From contig NIVC01001903.1 in the NCBI GenBank assembly GCA_002269645.1, positions 1 through 64,000 on the forward strand: 64,000 bases of DNA. The letters are read 5' to 3'. A program made the translations under genes and the position numbers. The notes beneath the pieces are model-generated. The model worked only from the letters and a program-made list of their open reading frames with translations, did no database searches and had not been told where the DNA came from. Positions 1 to 12,700 of the stretch are shown one piece after another. The stretch is from Macrostomum lignano (Eukaryota). Within the stretch, counting starts at the first letter, position 1. Each line of letters begins with the position of its first letter.

Positions 1-322
1 TGATAAGATTTGTATTTTCTATACACATTAAAATGAAGAGGTAAGTTCTACTGATAGATTTATACTAATAATGATTAGCAGCATGATTAAGGAATAATTT
101 CTATAATATAAAGAGATAGCAAAGATTTTGATAGCAAGGATAGCTAATGTCATGCAGAATGAACTCAATATATACACAAAAAGAAAATGGTTATTCAGTG
201 AAGCAAAATGTTTAAAACTATAACAAAAATATATGACTATTACAGAAGCTTAATTCAAAGGTTATGAATTCATAATCTATAATTGAATAAATGCAATGAA
301 TCACTAACTATTTTAATAAATA

Positions 323-1364
323 TGAAGTACAGGCTGTTTCTCGGGGTGGCCTGGTAGGTCTTTGAATCCACCGCTGCCACCAGTGAAGTACAATGGGTTT
401 CTTCCCGGTTTAAGGCCCTTGGTGATTAGCTTAAACCTCGAGCCTCTTCAGTGGGAAGTCCTTTCAGCGCGCAGTAGCGTAGGTAGTGCTGCCACCAGTT
501 CCTTCAGGTCTCGGCCTTCGATGAGGTGAGCTTCCCGTCGAACGAAATAAACAAGTCAACGAACTCAGCACAGCGTGCAGATTTGCAGATTAATGAACAA
601 GGCGTCCTGATCAGCAGATCCCCGCCGGGCTCAGGGGTGACTGGGAAGGCAGTGTTAGCCCCTTAGGCTTGGGCTTTAGTGGGGTCTCAGTCAGACCAGT
701 ACAAACGGATTCAGTACGCAAAGGGCACTTAGTTAGACACTGACGCACACGGGTTCTTAGTGAATTCTCCGCAGATAAGAAGCCTTTCCTTGACGGAAAC
801 AAGGGAGAGGGGTCCTATTTATAGCCGGGAAACACCCACGCACAAGACCTCGTGACTTGTTCTATTTTTAGAACTGACGTCACTTGAGTCTCGGGCAGGG
901 TCTCAGTGCGCGCAAGACCTCGTGACTCGTTCTATTTTTAGAACTGACGTCACTTAAGGTCTCCGGCCAGAGTACACGCGGCTGTGACTCAGTTGCTATT
1001 TTTAGCAACATGAGTCACTCCTCTCCTTAGAGAAGGGAGGGGTCCGAAAGCACGTGATTCTCCCGGTAAACAGGGCCAACGAGTGCAGTAAACATGTTTA
1101 CTGCACTTTAGGACTCGAAGAACGCAGAGTCTGTCATGTGACTTGCTCACATGACAGAGGAAAACGGGACGGGAACGAAACAGAGACAGCCCACAGCAGA
1201 GAAGCTGAGGGTTGAGAACAGAGACGCAGAAGGGCAGAACAGGCCAAGGGCAGCAACAGACGGGCCAAGGGGGGGAAGCTGACCAGCGCAGACAGCAACC
1301 AGGGCGAGGGCGAGGGAGACTGCTGACAAAGTGGGCGCCTAACACCAACTAGCGGATCACTACA
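323..1364 (-). repeat. 3' LTR (LTR1), including a 61-bp terminal extension (323-383)
   Basis: Matches LTR2/LTR3 from 384 to 1364. Preceded on the minus strand by PPT GGGAGAG (1365-1371). TATA box TATAAATA at 816-823 (minus). Confidence 0.92.
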
Positions 1365-1890
1365 CTCTCCCGTTCAAATGAAGAGGCGGAGTGAGAGCGA
1401 AGCGCGCTTTATTTAATAAACGAAATAGTGATTTTACTAAATAAACTTATTACAAATGCCTGGCAAAAGGATGGCAGTGTCACAAGGCATGCAAATTATT
1501 ACACGGCTGGGCCAAGGTCAGGATTGTGACAAAATGGCGAAGCACCAATAGCACCGGTGGGTTGCCCACGCCAAGGCAGAGCCCTAGAAAATCATAAAAT
1601 CGGAGGGGCTGGCAAGTCCCTCGGGCGTACGCAGAATCAGGACCTCAGTCCAACAGCGGTTTGGGGGCGCCGGCCCGGAAAATGGGCGCCTAAATATACG
1701 GGATACCATAGACAGCCGGCAGAGCCCGTCACTGGGAGAAGGGGGATGCAGAACTGCATCAGAGCAACAGCTCACGGGAAGATAAAAGAGTACGCATTGC
1801 GGGGGCGCTGGCCGCTATTGAGGCGCCACATAAAGTAGAGCAGGGAAAAATCAGAGGGTGCCTGTCAGCACCAAGTCCACAGAGTCAGAG

Positions 1891-4800
1891 TTAATCGCTG
1901 CGTTGGGTTGATCGGTGCACGCAGATGCGGGCAGTGCGACTAACATACGTCTTGGCCCTAGGATTAATAATTAGCCTCTCAGGCTGCCTACGATTCCTAG
2001 CCGGCCTACCGACATCTACAGACCCTAATGACGCTTCCACCGGAGTGGTGCATAACGACGGCCCAGGGGTCTGGACCACAGAAAAAGCAGCACTGGGAGC
2101 GGGAGCAGAAACGGGCGGAAAAGAAACAGCAGGCATAGACGCATCAAGAACAGGCTTATGCAGATGACATTCACCATACGGCACTGGCTCACGCCGAAGT
2201 GCACTTGCCTGGTTCGCTGGTGTCGTGACCGGTCCACCTCCTGGCTGCACCTCCGGGATCGCCAAAGGCCGGAAGTGCCATCGGAAGGCCGGCCTTGCGT
2301 CGTAGCCGTCATCATCGTCATCGTCGGGGTCGTCCTGGTCGTCCTCGGGATTGGCGTCAGGGTCGCGGGTCCTGCGCCGTCGGGGACGTCGGGCGGCCGC
2401 CGGCGTTTCTTCGGTTTGTCGACTTCAGGGTCCGAAGTTCTCGTGTAGTCAGCGTCAGGCACGAGCAGAAGGTTCCGGCGATGGACGACTAGTTCGTCTC
2501 GTCTGGCTCTCGGGTTGGGCAGTCTCCGTCGAATCTTGTAGACGACCTCGCCCTTGGGCTCGACGACTTCGTATAGGGCTTTGCGAGGTCGATGAAACTT
2601 CGCCGCCTCATCCGGTTCGAGTACCGGGTTGTTGAGGAAGACCAGATCACCGGGTTGAAGCTTCGTGGCGGCGGGCAGGTTCGAATAGTGCTCGTCTCGC
2701 AGTTGCTGGTGCAGATGCAGGCGCTCCTTGGCTAGCTCAGTCGCCTCGTCCAGGCGACGTTGGAAGTCCTTGACGTAGTCGGGCAGGTCGGCGTACTCGG
2801 GCAGCTTCTTCAGCGCGTTGTCGATCGGAGTCGGAAATCACGGCCGAACACCAGGTAGTGAGGCGTGAAGCCGGTCACCGGGTGCACGCTGGAGCGGAGA
2901 GCCATCAGACAGGCCGGGAGGAAGGTGTCCCAGTCGTTGTGGTTGCGCTCGAGCAGACAGGTGAGGACACTCTTCAGCTGTTTGTTGAGGTTCTCGACTT
3001 GTCCGTTGGAAGCTGGATTGTACGGTGTTGTTGTCGTATGCCGAATGCCAAACAGGTCGCAGAACTTCTTGAAGGCCGAGCCGGTGAAGTTGGTGCCTTG
3101 GTCGGTGTGGATCCAGCATGGTACACCGAACTCAGGGATGAAGCGCTCCTGCAGAAGCTTGATGACTGTTTTGGCTTTCTGGTTTCTCATCGGGTAGGCG
3201 AATGGATACTTCGACGTCGCATCGCACAAGGTCAGGATGTAGCGGTTGCCGCTCTTGCTCTTCTGCGCGATTGGTCCTACTACATCACAGTGGATTCTAC
3301 CCAGAACTTCGCAGACTGGGAAGCTCTGGACCGGACTCTCTCTCGCCGTCGCGATTTACTTTCAAGGCAGGTGCGGCACTTACTGATGAAGGTCTTGGTA
3401 GCACGGGCTAATCCGGGTCTCCAGAACCGTTCTCGTAGCCGCAGTAACGTCTTCGTCTCGCCAAGGTGTCCACACAGTGGCGAACTGTGGAGCTCCTGGA
3501 GCACCTGGGCGTCAAGGGCCTCAGGCAGAACAACCTTTGGCGGCTGCTGGCCATCGGACAGGTCAATCAGCAGCAGGCCGTTGTCCTCCTGCAGGTTTCG
3601 TAGTATCCGAGCAGGTTCCGCTGCTCCTTCGTCAGGCGCAACCGGGCGTCGAACTCAGGCTTCGGGGCTTCGTCCTTGACCAGGTTGAGCACGTAGCTGA
3701 TGGCTCGGTCAGCGCGCTGGGCTTCAACGAACTGTTGGCGAGTCATCGGCAGCTTCAGAATATCAGTGAGCACAGCGCGGCATGGCTGAGGGGTCCGGAT
3801 TCCCGCAGTCTCCGCTTTAATGGCTCCAGGTCGATCACACGGCACCGTCTTGTCGGCGTCAGGATTAGGTCGCTCCGAGGGACTTTGTCTCACGACGTCG
3901 GCGTACGTCCGTTGATCTCGAATCGAAGTTCTCTTCATCGCTCTCATGACAGAAGATTCCGCAGATGGAGCAGCGCGCATGCCTCCACTGCATAGCACAG
4001 GCGACTCTTGGCTGTAGGGCGGGACGCAACACGTGAAGCACGCCTCGTCGCAGGCAGCCGTAGCCGTCGGCTCAGTCGTCGTCAAAATTGGGTGAGTCTT
4101 CTCCAGCACTGGGCGGTGTCGCAAAGGGGGACTCGACTTTCCGCACAGGCGATGAGCAGCTGTCTGTCGGCCCGGGGGACAGAGCTTCGACCTTGCAGCT
4201 GGCGCGAGATTCTGGCCCCTGTCAACATGGCGAGAGATCTCAGCGAAAGGCTCAGGAGGGTTGTACTTAAGTTGCTGTCCTGGAGTTGCGTTGCGGGCCG
4301 TCATCAGAAGGGCTGCGGCGCGGTGGCCTTTGAATCTTGGTCCGTGGGCGTCTCCAGATTCCGAGACCTGAGTCTTGGGCGTCGTCAAGGAGGTCTGTGT
4401 TCACAGTGGCCTCAAGGTCTTCGTCCAGGTTGGTCTCCAAGTTGCGGTAGGCGGAATGGGCATCGCGGCAGAGGGCTGTTGTCGCAGTGGCCTCTGAGTT
4501 GTCGTCCAGGCCGGTCTCCAGGCGTTGACTGCAGCGGTGGGCGTCGTGCTGGAAGGCTGCTGGCGCAGTGGCTTCCAGGTCTTCGTCCAGGTCAGTCTTG
4601 GCCTCCAAGCAGCGAGAGTGGACTGTCTTCTGGAGGGCTGCTCTGGCAGTGGCCTCGGGTGTCGGGTCCAAATCCGGTTCCAGGTCGTGGTCGTCACCGG
4701 GTCGGGCGTAGAACCAGGTTGCTCTAGCAGTCGGCCATGCTCGAAGAAGATCGGCGGGCCCTCCGGTCTTCTTGACAGGGCATCAGCGTTGGCGTGGTCC

Positions 4801-7158
4801 TTGCCTTTGCGGTGGTTGAGCTGGAAGCGGAACTCGCTTAGGCGCTCGATCCAGCGGCCTAAAATACCTGTGGCCTGAGTTTGGTTCAGTAACCACAGTA
4901 AGGCCCGATGATCGGATCGAACTTCAAACTTCTTGCCGATTAAGTAATGACGGAAATGTCGCATAGCGTCCACAATTGCAAGCAGCTCTTTCTTCGTGAC
5001 CGTGTAGCGCTTCTCAGGATCGCGAAGTTTACGGCTAAAGAATGCAATTGGACGTTCGACGCCGTCGGATTGCAGTTGTCCAAGACAAGCGCCTATTCGA
5101 ATATCAGAGGCATCCGTGTCGAGGACAAACTTCACAGCAGGATCAGAATTAAATTCAGGCAGAGCGAGAACTTCAGTAGAACACAATTTCTTCTTCAAAG
5201 TGTCGAACGCTACCTGATGCTCGGGAGTCCAATGCTGCCGTAGGCTGCCAATGTCCTTTCGCGTCAGGGCATGCAGCGGCGCAGCCACTCCAGCGTAGCC
5301 GTCGACAAACTTGTGGTAGTAATTGGCGAGGCCTAGGAATTGTCTCAGTTGAGTAACGGACTGTGGCACGGGCCAATCACGGATCTGCGCAATCTTGTCC
5401 TCACAGGTCTTCAGGCCGTCGGGAGTCACGACGTGACCTAAATAATGCAGCTCTTGAGGAACAAATGACACTTCTTCGGTTTCACTTTGAGGTTGGCTGC
5501 GATGATGCGCTGAAGTACAGTTCGCAAGTTATCCAGCTGTTCCTCGAAAGTCACTGAGTGCACCACGATGTCGTCCATGTAGCCAAGCGCAGTCTTTGGC
5601 GTCAGCCGTCCAGGAGCTTATTGATGCAACGCTGAAAGCTGCCAGGACTGTCGTGGAGACCCATCGGTAGAACGTTGAAACAGAATTGGCCGCGGTCGAT
5701 TACTGAGAATGCCGTCAAGTGCTGGTCGCAGTCGCGCAGCGGGATCTGCCAGAATCCTTGAGCAAGGTCCAAGCTAGAATACCACTGAGCACCACGAAGC
5801 TTCGCGAAGGTTTCCTGGATGTGCGGGAGCGGATACGGGTGATACACACACCTGTCGTTGAGAGCTCTGAAGTCGTGGACTAGTCGGATGTTGCCGTCCT
5901 TCTTGGGCACGATGAGCATTGGCGAATTGTAGCTCGAGTAGGCAGGGCGAATGATGTGCTTCGCCAGCATCTCGTCTAGCAGGGCGTCGAGTTTGTCCTT
6001 CAGATGAGGCGGGATTCGGCGCGGTGGTAGCGCGACTGGTGTCCGGTCCTTCAAGATGATCTCGTGGGTCACCAGGTGAGTCAGGCCGGCGTCTAGCGAG
6101 TGCTTGGAGAAGGCCGCTTGACATTCGACTAGTAGATCTCGCACTCTTTGATGTTGTTCTTTGGACAATTCGCTGTTGATCTCGACTTCATCTAGCCATG
6201 CTGTGCTGGACTCTTCAGAGTTCTTCGGGAGGTGCCGCACTTCAGGTTCGGGCGTCTCGCTCAAGTACATCAGGTCGGCAGTTCGGAGTGGCGTCGCAAC
6301 ACCAACACGGATACCGGCTTGCAGGAACACCTCGCTGTCGGCGGTGTTGACGACCTCAATGTAGCCGCGACCTTCAGGCATCGTCATCAGAGCAGGCGCT
6401 GCTTCCAGAGCGTTGCAGCTGGGATGCAGCCTCGACTTAACCAGCTCGACAATTGATGGCGATCCTCGATTCTCAGGGTGGCCGTCATCCAGTCTGACGG
6501 CAAGCAGCGCTGAACTTCTAGGCGGCAGGGTGCACTTCTCAGAGGTGTACACTCGGCAGTTCTGAAGCTCACGCCGCGAATAACGAACAGGGATGCACGT
6601 GCCATTGTTGAACGTTAGCATTCCTTGAGCGAAGTCCAAGTTCTGGCAGTGCTCTCGCATAAACGATACGCCAAGCAAATTTTCACAATCGGAGACCGTA
6701 ACGAGGAATTCGGTGTCCGCGACGACATCACCGAACTCCACCGGTATGGTCACCTTACAAGCAAGCGGGAGCTGCGTCCCGTCATACATAGTTACGCAAT
6801 CGGGAATAGCATGCGATATAATACAACGAGGCATCCGGCGTCTAATAGCGGCCCAGGTTGACGAACCGAGGAAGTTTTTCCGGCTGCCGCTGTCTAGCAA
6901 GAAAGGGACCTCTCGACTCGCCACTCGACCTGTGACGTACGGATCGGCCTCACGCGCATGGATTTTTTGATTCGGGGAGGTGTCCACGAAACCTCCGCAC
7001 TCAGCGTCGCTTACTGACGAGCGACTGTCGGACTGGGCATTGGCGCCTGCGCAGCCGACATCCTCTTCTTCTCGCGACCGTTCTGAATCTGCCAAGTAGC
7101 CTGGGCTTGGACCTCGCGGAGGGCGGTGCCGTTGTCGCTCTCCGCCTGGCCGTTTCCC
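1891..7158 (-). CDS. pol: Pol (copy 1), with additional 1-nt deletions relative to copy 2
   Basis: ORFs 5602-7095, 4401-5471, 3567-4388, 3280-3504, 2810-3229, 2025-2462 and 1891-2265 are colinear with copy 2. Confidence 0.85.
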
Positions 7159-8185
7159 TGGTTTGGCGCATCGGGCACTGGGTGTTGCGATGACCGGGCT
7201 GTCCGCAGCTATAGCAGATTATAGCTCTCTTTGGCGGGCTGGCTACCTGCTGTTGGTCACGCTGCACCAGGTGATCCAGCATTCGCTGCTGCTTCTCGAT
7301 CAAGTCGGTTAGAGTCAGCAAGGCTTGGGCGGTGACGTCGGGTTTCGGGTCGCCGTCCTCCTCCCCGTCCAACATCCTAACCGGGGGTTGAGCAGATCGG
7401 TGCGCCAATTCTTTGGCGCCTTCTAGTCGTCGTAGCTCTCGAATCGCAGCAAGAAGATTGTTCGGGCGAACCCAGTACAGCCGTTCGCGCAGATCTGGAG
7501 TCGTCCGGATACCAGCAAGAAATTGATCAGTAATCTCCTTCTCGCGGTCTTCAGGATGCATTCGAGGATATGCACGTTCACCCAGAGTTCTCAGGGCGTC
7601 AGCAAACTCTTCTGCTGACTCATTCTTGCCTTGTTGACGACGTCGCAACAGTTCTCGATACTCATCAGCACCACCATGACGGGCAAATCGCTCAATCAGA
7701 CGTTGCTTGACCTCCTCGTAGCTGGCGAAACGCGGAAGATTCATACCAAGCAAGGCTGGATACGCAGTAGCCAAATCGAGACTCGCGATGAGGTGTTGCT
7801 TCATCTCGAACGGGTCGACGATGCGCTCCATCTCGCAACGCTGCTCGAACGCGGCAAGCCAGACATGAATGTCCTGATTTGGAGTAAACTTCACAATTTT
7901 AACTTGTTTACTCACGGGCCGCTCCATCTGCTGCTGCAGAGCTGCCATCATGGTCCTGACGTCTTGGTGCGTGATGTTCCGGCCAATGTTGTCCAGGCCT
8001 TGCAGAAGCTCGTCTGGCGGGTCGTCGGACACGTCGCTTCTCGCACCTTGCCTCGGCGTTGGCTGCTGACCAAAGTCGTTGACCGCTGCCGCGGCTGCGG
8101 CGGCTTCTGCGGCCGCAGGCCTCGAACTGCTGATGTGCTGATCCAGCCGGCTGCTGCACCGGCTCTCGTCTCGCTCGTTGAACAT
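7011..8185 (-). CDS. gag: Gag (copy 1), one extra 1-nt deletion near the 3' end
   Basis: Same sequence as copy 2 except ggtttggc vs ggttttggc at about 7160. Confidence 0.85.
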
Positions 8186-8276
8186 GTTGACTTGTCGTAG
8201 TCGCTGGCCGATGTCGTTCTCGAAAGAGCGGTTGCCTTGGGTGTGTCGTAGTCGGATCTCACCGCTGCGTCACCAG

Positions 8277-9267
8277 TGAAGTACACGCTGTTTGCTTCCC
8301 GTATTAGGCCCTTGCGGATTACCTTAAACCTCGAGCCTCTTCAGTGGGAAGTCCTTTCAGCGCGCAGTAGCGTAGGTAGTGCTGCCACCAGTTCCTTCAG
8401 GTCTCGGCCTTCGATGAGGTGAGCTTCCCGTCGGAACGAAATAAACAAGTCAACGAACTCAGCACAGCGTGCAGATTTGCAGATTAATGAACAAGGCGTC
8501 CTGATCAGCAGATCCCCGCCGGGCTCAGGGGTGACTGGGAAGGCAGTGTTAGCCTCCCTTAGGCTTGGGCTTTAGTGGGGTCTCAGTCAGACCAGTACAA
8601 ACGGATTCAGTACGCAAAGGGCACTTAGTTAGACACTGACGCACACGGGTTCTTAGTGAATTCTCCGCAGATAAGAAGCCTTTCCTTGACGGAAACAAGG
8701 GGAGAGGGGTCCTATTTATAGCCGGGAAACACCCACGCACAAGACCTCGTGACTTGTTCTATTTTTAGAACTGACGTCACTTGAGGTCTCGGGCAGGGTC
8801 TCAGTGCGCGCAAGACCTCGTGACTCGTTCTATTTTTAGAACTGACGTCACTTAAGGTCTCCGGCCAGAGTACACGCGGCTGTGACTCAGTTGCTATTTT
8901 TAGCAACATGAGTCACTCCTCTCCTTAGAGAAGGGAGGGGTCCGAAAGCACGTGATTCTCCCGGTAAACAGGGCCAACGAGTGCAGTAAACATGTTTACT
9001 GCACTTTAGGACTCGAAGAACGCAGAGTCTGTCATGTGACTTGCTCACATGACAGAGGAAAACGGGACGGGAACGAAACAGAGACAGCCCACAGCAGAGA
9101 AGCTGAGGGCTGAGAACAGAGACGCAGAAGGGCAGAACAGGCCAAGGGCAGCAACAGACGGGCCAAGGGGGCGGGAAGCTGACCAGCGGCAGACAGCAAC
9201 CCAGGGCGAGGGCGAGGGAGACTGCTGACAAAGTGGGACGCCTAACACCAACTAGCGGATCACTACA
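8277..9267 (-). repeat. Shared middle LTR (LTR2, 991 bp)
   Basis: TGTAGTGA...TGTACTTCA on the minus strand. PPT (GGGGAGAG, 9268-9275) on one side and PBS (8258-8275) on the other. Confidence 0.95.
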
Positions 9268-9797
9268 CTCTCCCCGTTCAAATGAAGAGGCGGAGTGAGA
9301 GCGAAGCGCGCTTTATTTAATAAACGAAATAGTGATTTTACTAAATAAATTATTACAAATGCCTGGCAAAAGGATGGCAGTGTCACAAGGCATGCAAATT
9401 ATTACACGGCTGGGCCAAGGTCAGGATTGTGACCCAAAATGGCGAAGCACCAATAGCACCGGTGGGTTGCCCACGCCAAGGCAGAGCCCTAGAAAATCAT
9501 AAAATCGGAGGGGCTGGCAAGTCCCTCGGGCGTACGCAGAATCAGGACCTCAGTCCAACAGCGGTTTGGGGGCGCCGGCCCGGAAAATGGGCGCCTAAAT
9601 ATACGGGATACCATAGACAGCCGGCAGAGCCCGTCACTGGGGAGAAGGGGGATGCAGAACTGCATCAGAGCAACAGCTCACGGGAAGATAAAAGAGTACG
9701 CATTGCGGGGGCGCTGGCCCGCTATTGAGGCGCCACATAAAGTAGAGCAGGGAAAAATCAGAGGGTGCCTGTCAGCACCAAGTCCACAGAGTCAGAG

Positions 9798-12700
9798 TTA
9801 ATCGCTGCGTTGGGTTGATCGGTGCACGCAGATGCGGGCAGTGCGACTAACATACGTCTTGGCCCTAGGATTAATAATTAGCCTCTCAGGCTGCCTACGA
9901 TTCCTAGCCGGCCTACCGACATCTACAGACCCTAATGACGCTTCCACCGGAGTGGTGCATAACGACGGCCCAGGGGTCTGGACCACAGAAAAAGCAGCAC
10001 TGGGAGCGGGAGCAGAAACGGGCGGAAAAGAAACAGCAGGCATAGACGCATCAAGAACAGGCTTATGCAGATGACATTCACCATACGGCACTGGCTCACG
10101 CCGAAGTGCACTTGCCTGGTTCGCTGGTGTCGTGACCGGTCCACCTCCTGGCTGCACCTCCGGGATCGCCAAAGGCCGGAAGTGCCATCGGAAGGCCGGC
10201 CTTGCGTCGTAGCCGTCATCATCGTCATCGTCGGGGTCGTCCTGGTCGTCCTCGGGATTGGCGTCAGGGTCGCGGGTCCTGCGCCGTCGGGGACGTCGGG
10301 CGGCCGCCGGCGTTTCTTCGGTTTGTCGACTTCAGGGTCCGAAGTTCTCGTGTAGTCAGCGTCAGGCACGAGCAGAAGGTTCCGGCGATGGACGACTAGT
10401 TCGTCTCGTCTGGCTCTCGGGTTGGGCAGTCTCCGTCGAATCTTGTAGACGACCTCGCCCTTGGGCTCGACGACTTCGTATAGGGCTTTGCGAGGTCGAT
10501 GAAACTTCGCCGCCTCATCCGGTTCGAGTACCGGGTTGTTGAGGAAGACCAGATCACCGGGTTGAAGCTTCGTGGCGGCGGGCAGGTTCGAATAGTGCTC
10601 GTCTCGCAGTTGCTGGTGCAGATGCAGGCGCTCCTTGGCTAGCTCAGTCGCCTCGTCCAGGCGACGTTGGAAGTCCTTGACGTAGTCGGGCAGGTCGGCG
10701 TACTCGGGCAGCTTCTTCAGCGCGTTGTCGATCGGGAGTCGGAAATCACGGCCGAACACCAGGTAGTGAGGCGTGAAGCCGGTCACCGGGTGCACGCTGG
10801 AGCGGAGAGCCATCAGACAGGCCGGGAGGAAGGTGTCCCAGTCGTTGTGGTTGCGCTCGAGCAGACAGGTGAGGACACTCTTCAGCTGTTTGTTGAGGTT
10901 CTCGACTTGTCCGTTGGAAGCTGGATTGTACGGTGTTGTTGTCGTATGCCGAATGCCAAACAGGTCGCAGAACTTCTTGAAGGCCGAGCCGGTGAAGTTG
11001 GTGCCTTGGTCGGTGTGGATCCAGCATGGTACACCGAACTCAGGGATGAAGCGCTCCTGCAGAAGCTTGATGACTGTTTTGGCTTTCTGGTTTCTCATCG
11101 GGTAGGCGAATGGATACTTCGACGTCGCATCGCACAAGGTCAGGATGTAGCGGTTGCCGCTCTTGCTCTTCTGCGCGATTGGTCCTACTACATCACAGTG
11201 GATTCTACCCAGAACTTCGCAGACTGGGAAGCTCTGGACCGGAACTCTCTCTCGCCGTCGCGATTTACTTTCAAGGCAGGTGCGGCACTTACTGATGAAG
11301 GTCTTGGTAGCACGGGCTAATCCGGGTCTCCAGAACCGTTCTCGTAGCCGCAGTAACGTCTTCGTCTCGCCAAGGTGTCCACACAGTGGCGAACTGTGGA
11401 GCTCCTGGAGCACCTGGGCGTCAAGGGCCTCAGGCAGAACAACCTTTGGCGGCTGCTGGCCATCGGACAGGTCAATCAGCAGCAGGCCGTTGTCCTCCTG
11501 CAGGTTTCGTAGTATCCGAGCAGGTTCCGCTGCTCCTTCGTCAGGCGCAACCGGGCGTCGAACTCAGGCTTCGGGGCTTCGTCCTTGACCAGGTTGAGCA
11601 CGTAGCTGATGGCTCGGTCAGCGCGCTGGGCTTCAACGAACTGTTGGCGAGTCATCGGCAGCTTCAGAATATCAGTGAGCACAGCGCGGCATGGCTGAGG
11701 GGTCCGGATTCCCGCAGTCTCCGCTTTAATGGCTCCAGGTCGATCACACGGCACCGTCTTGTCGGCGTCAGGATTAGGTCGCTCCGAGGGACTTTGTCTC
11801 ACGACGTCGGCGTACGTCCGTTGATCTCGAATCGAAGTTCTCTTCATCGCTCTCATGACAGAAGATTCCGCAGATGGAGCAGCGCGCATGCCTCCACTGC
11901 ATAGCACAGGCGACTCTTGGCTGTAGGGCGGGACGCAACACGTGAAGCACGCCTCGTCGCAGGCAGCCGTAGCCGTCGGCTCAGTCGTCGTCAAAATTGG
12001 GTGAGTCTTCTCCAGCACTGGGCGGTGTCGCAAAGGGGGACTCGACTTTCCGCACAGGCGATGAGCAGCTGTCTGTCGGCCCGGGGGACAGAGCTTCGAC
12101 CTTGCAGCTGGCGCGAGATTCTGGCCCCTGTCAACATGGCGAGAGATCTCAGCGAAAGGCTCAGGAGGGTTGTACTTAAGTTGCTGTCCTGGAGTTGCGT
12201 TGCGGGCCGTCATCAGAAGGGCTGCCGGCGCGGTGGCCTTTGAATCTTGGTCCGTGGGCGTCTCCAGATTCCGAGACCTGAGGTCTTGGGCGTCGTCAAG
12301 GAGGTCTGTGTTCACAGTGGCCTCAAGGTCTTCGTCCAGGTTGGTCTCCAAGTTGCGGTAGGCGGATGGGCATCGCGGCAGAGGGCTGTTGTCGCAGTGG
12401 CCTCTGAGTTGTCGTCCAGGCCGGTCTCCAGGCGTTGACTGCAGCGGTGGGCGTCGTGCTGGAAGGCTGCTGGCGCAGTGGCTTCCAGGTCTTCGTCCAG
12501 GTCAGTCTTGGCCTCCAAGCAGCGAGAGTGGACTGTCTTCTGGAGGGCTGCTCTGGCAGTGGCCTCGGGTGTCGGGTCCAAATCCGGTTCCAGGTCGTGG
12601 TCGTCACCGGGTCGGGCGGTAGAACCAGGTTGCTCTAGCAGTCGGCCATGCTCGAAGAAGATCGGCGGGCCCTCCGGTCTTCTTGACAGGGCATCAGCGT

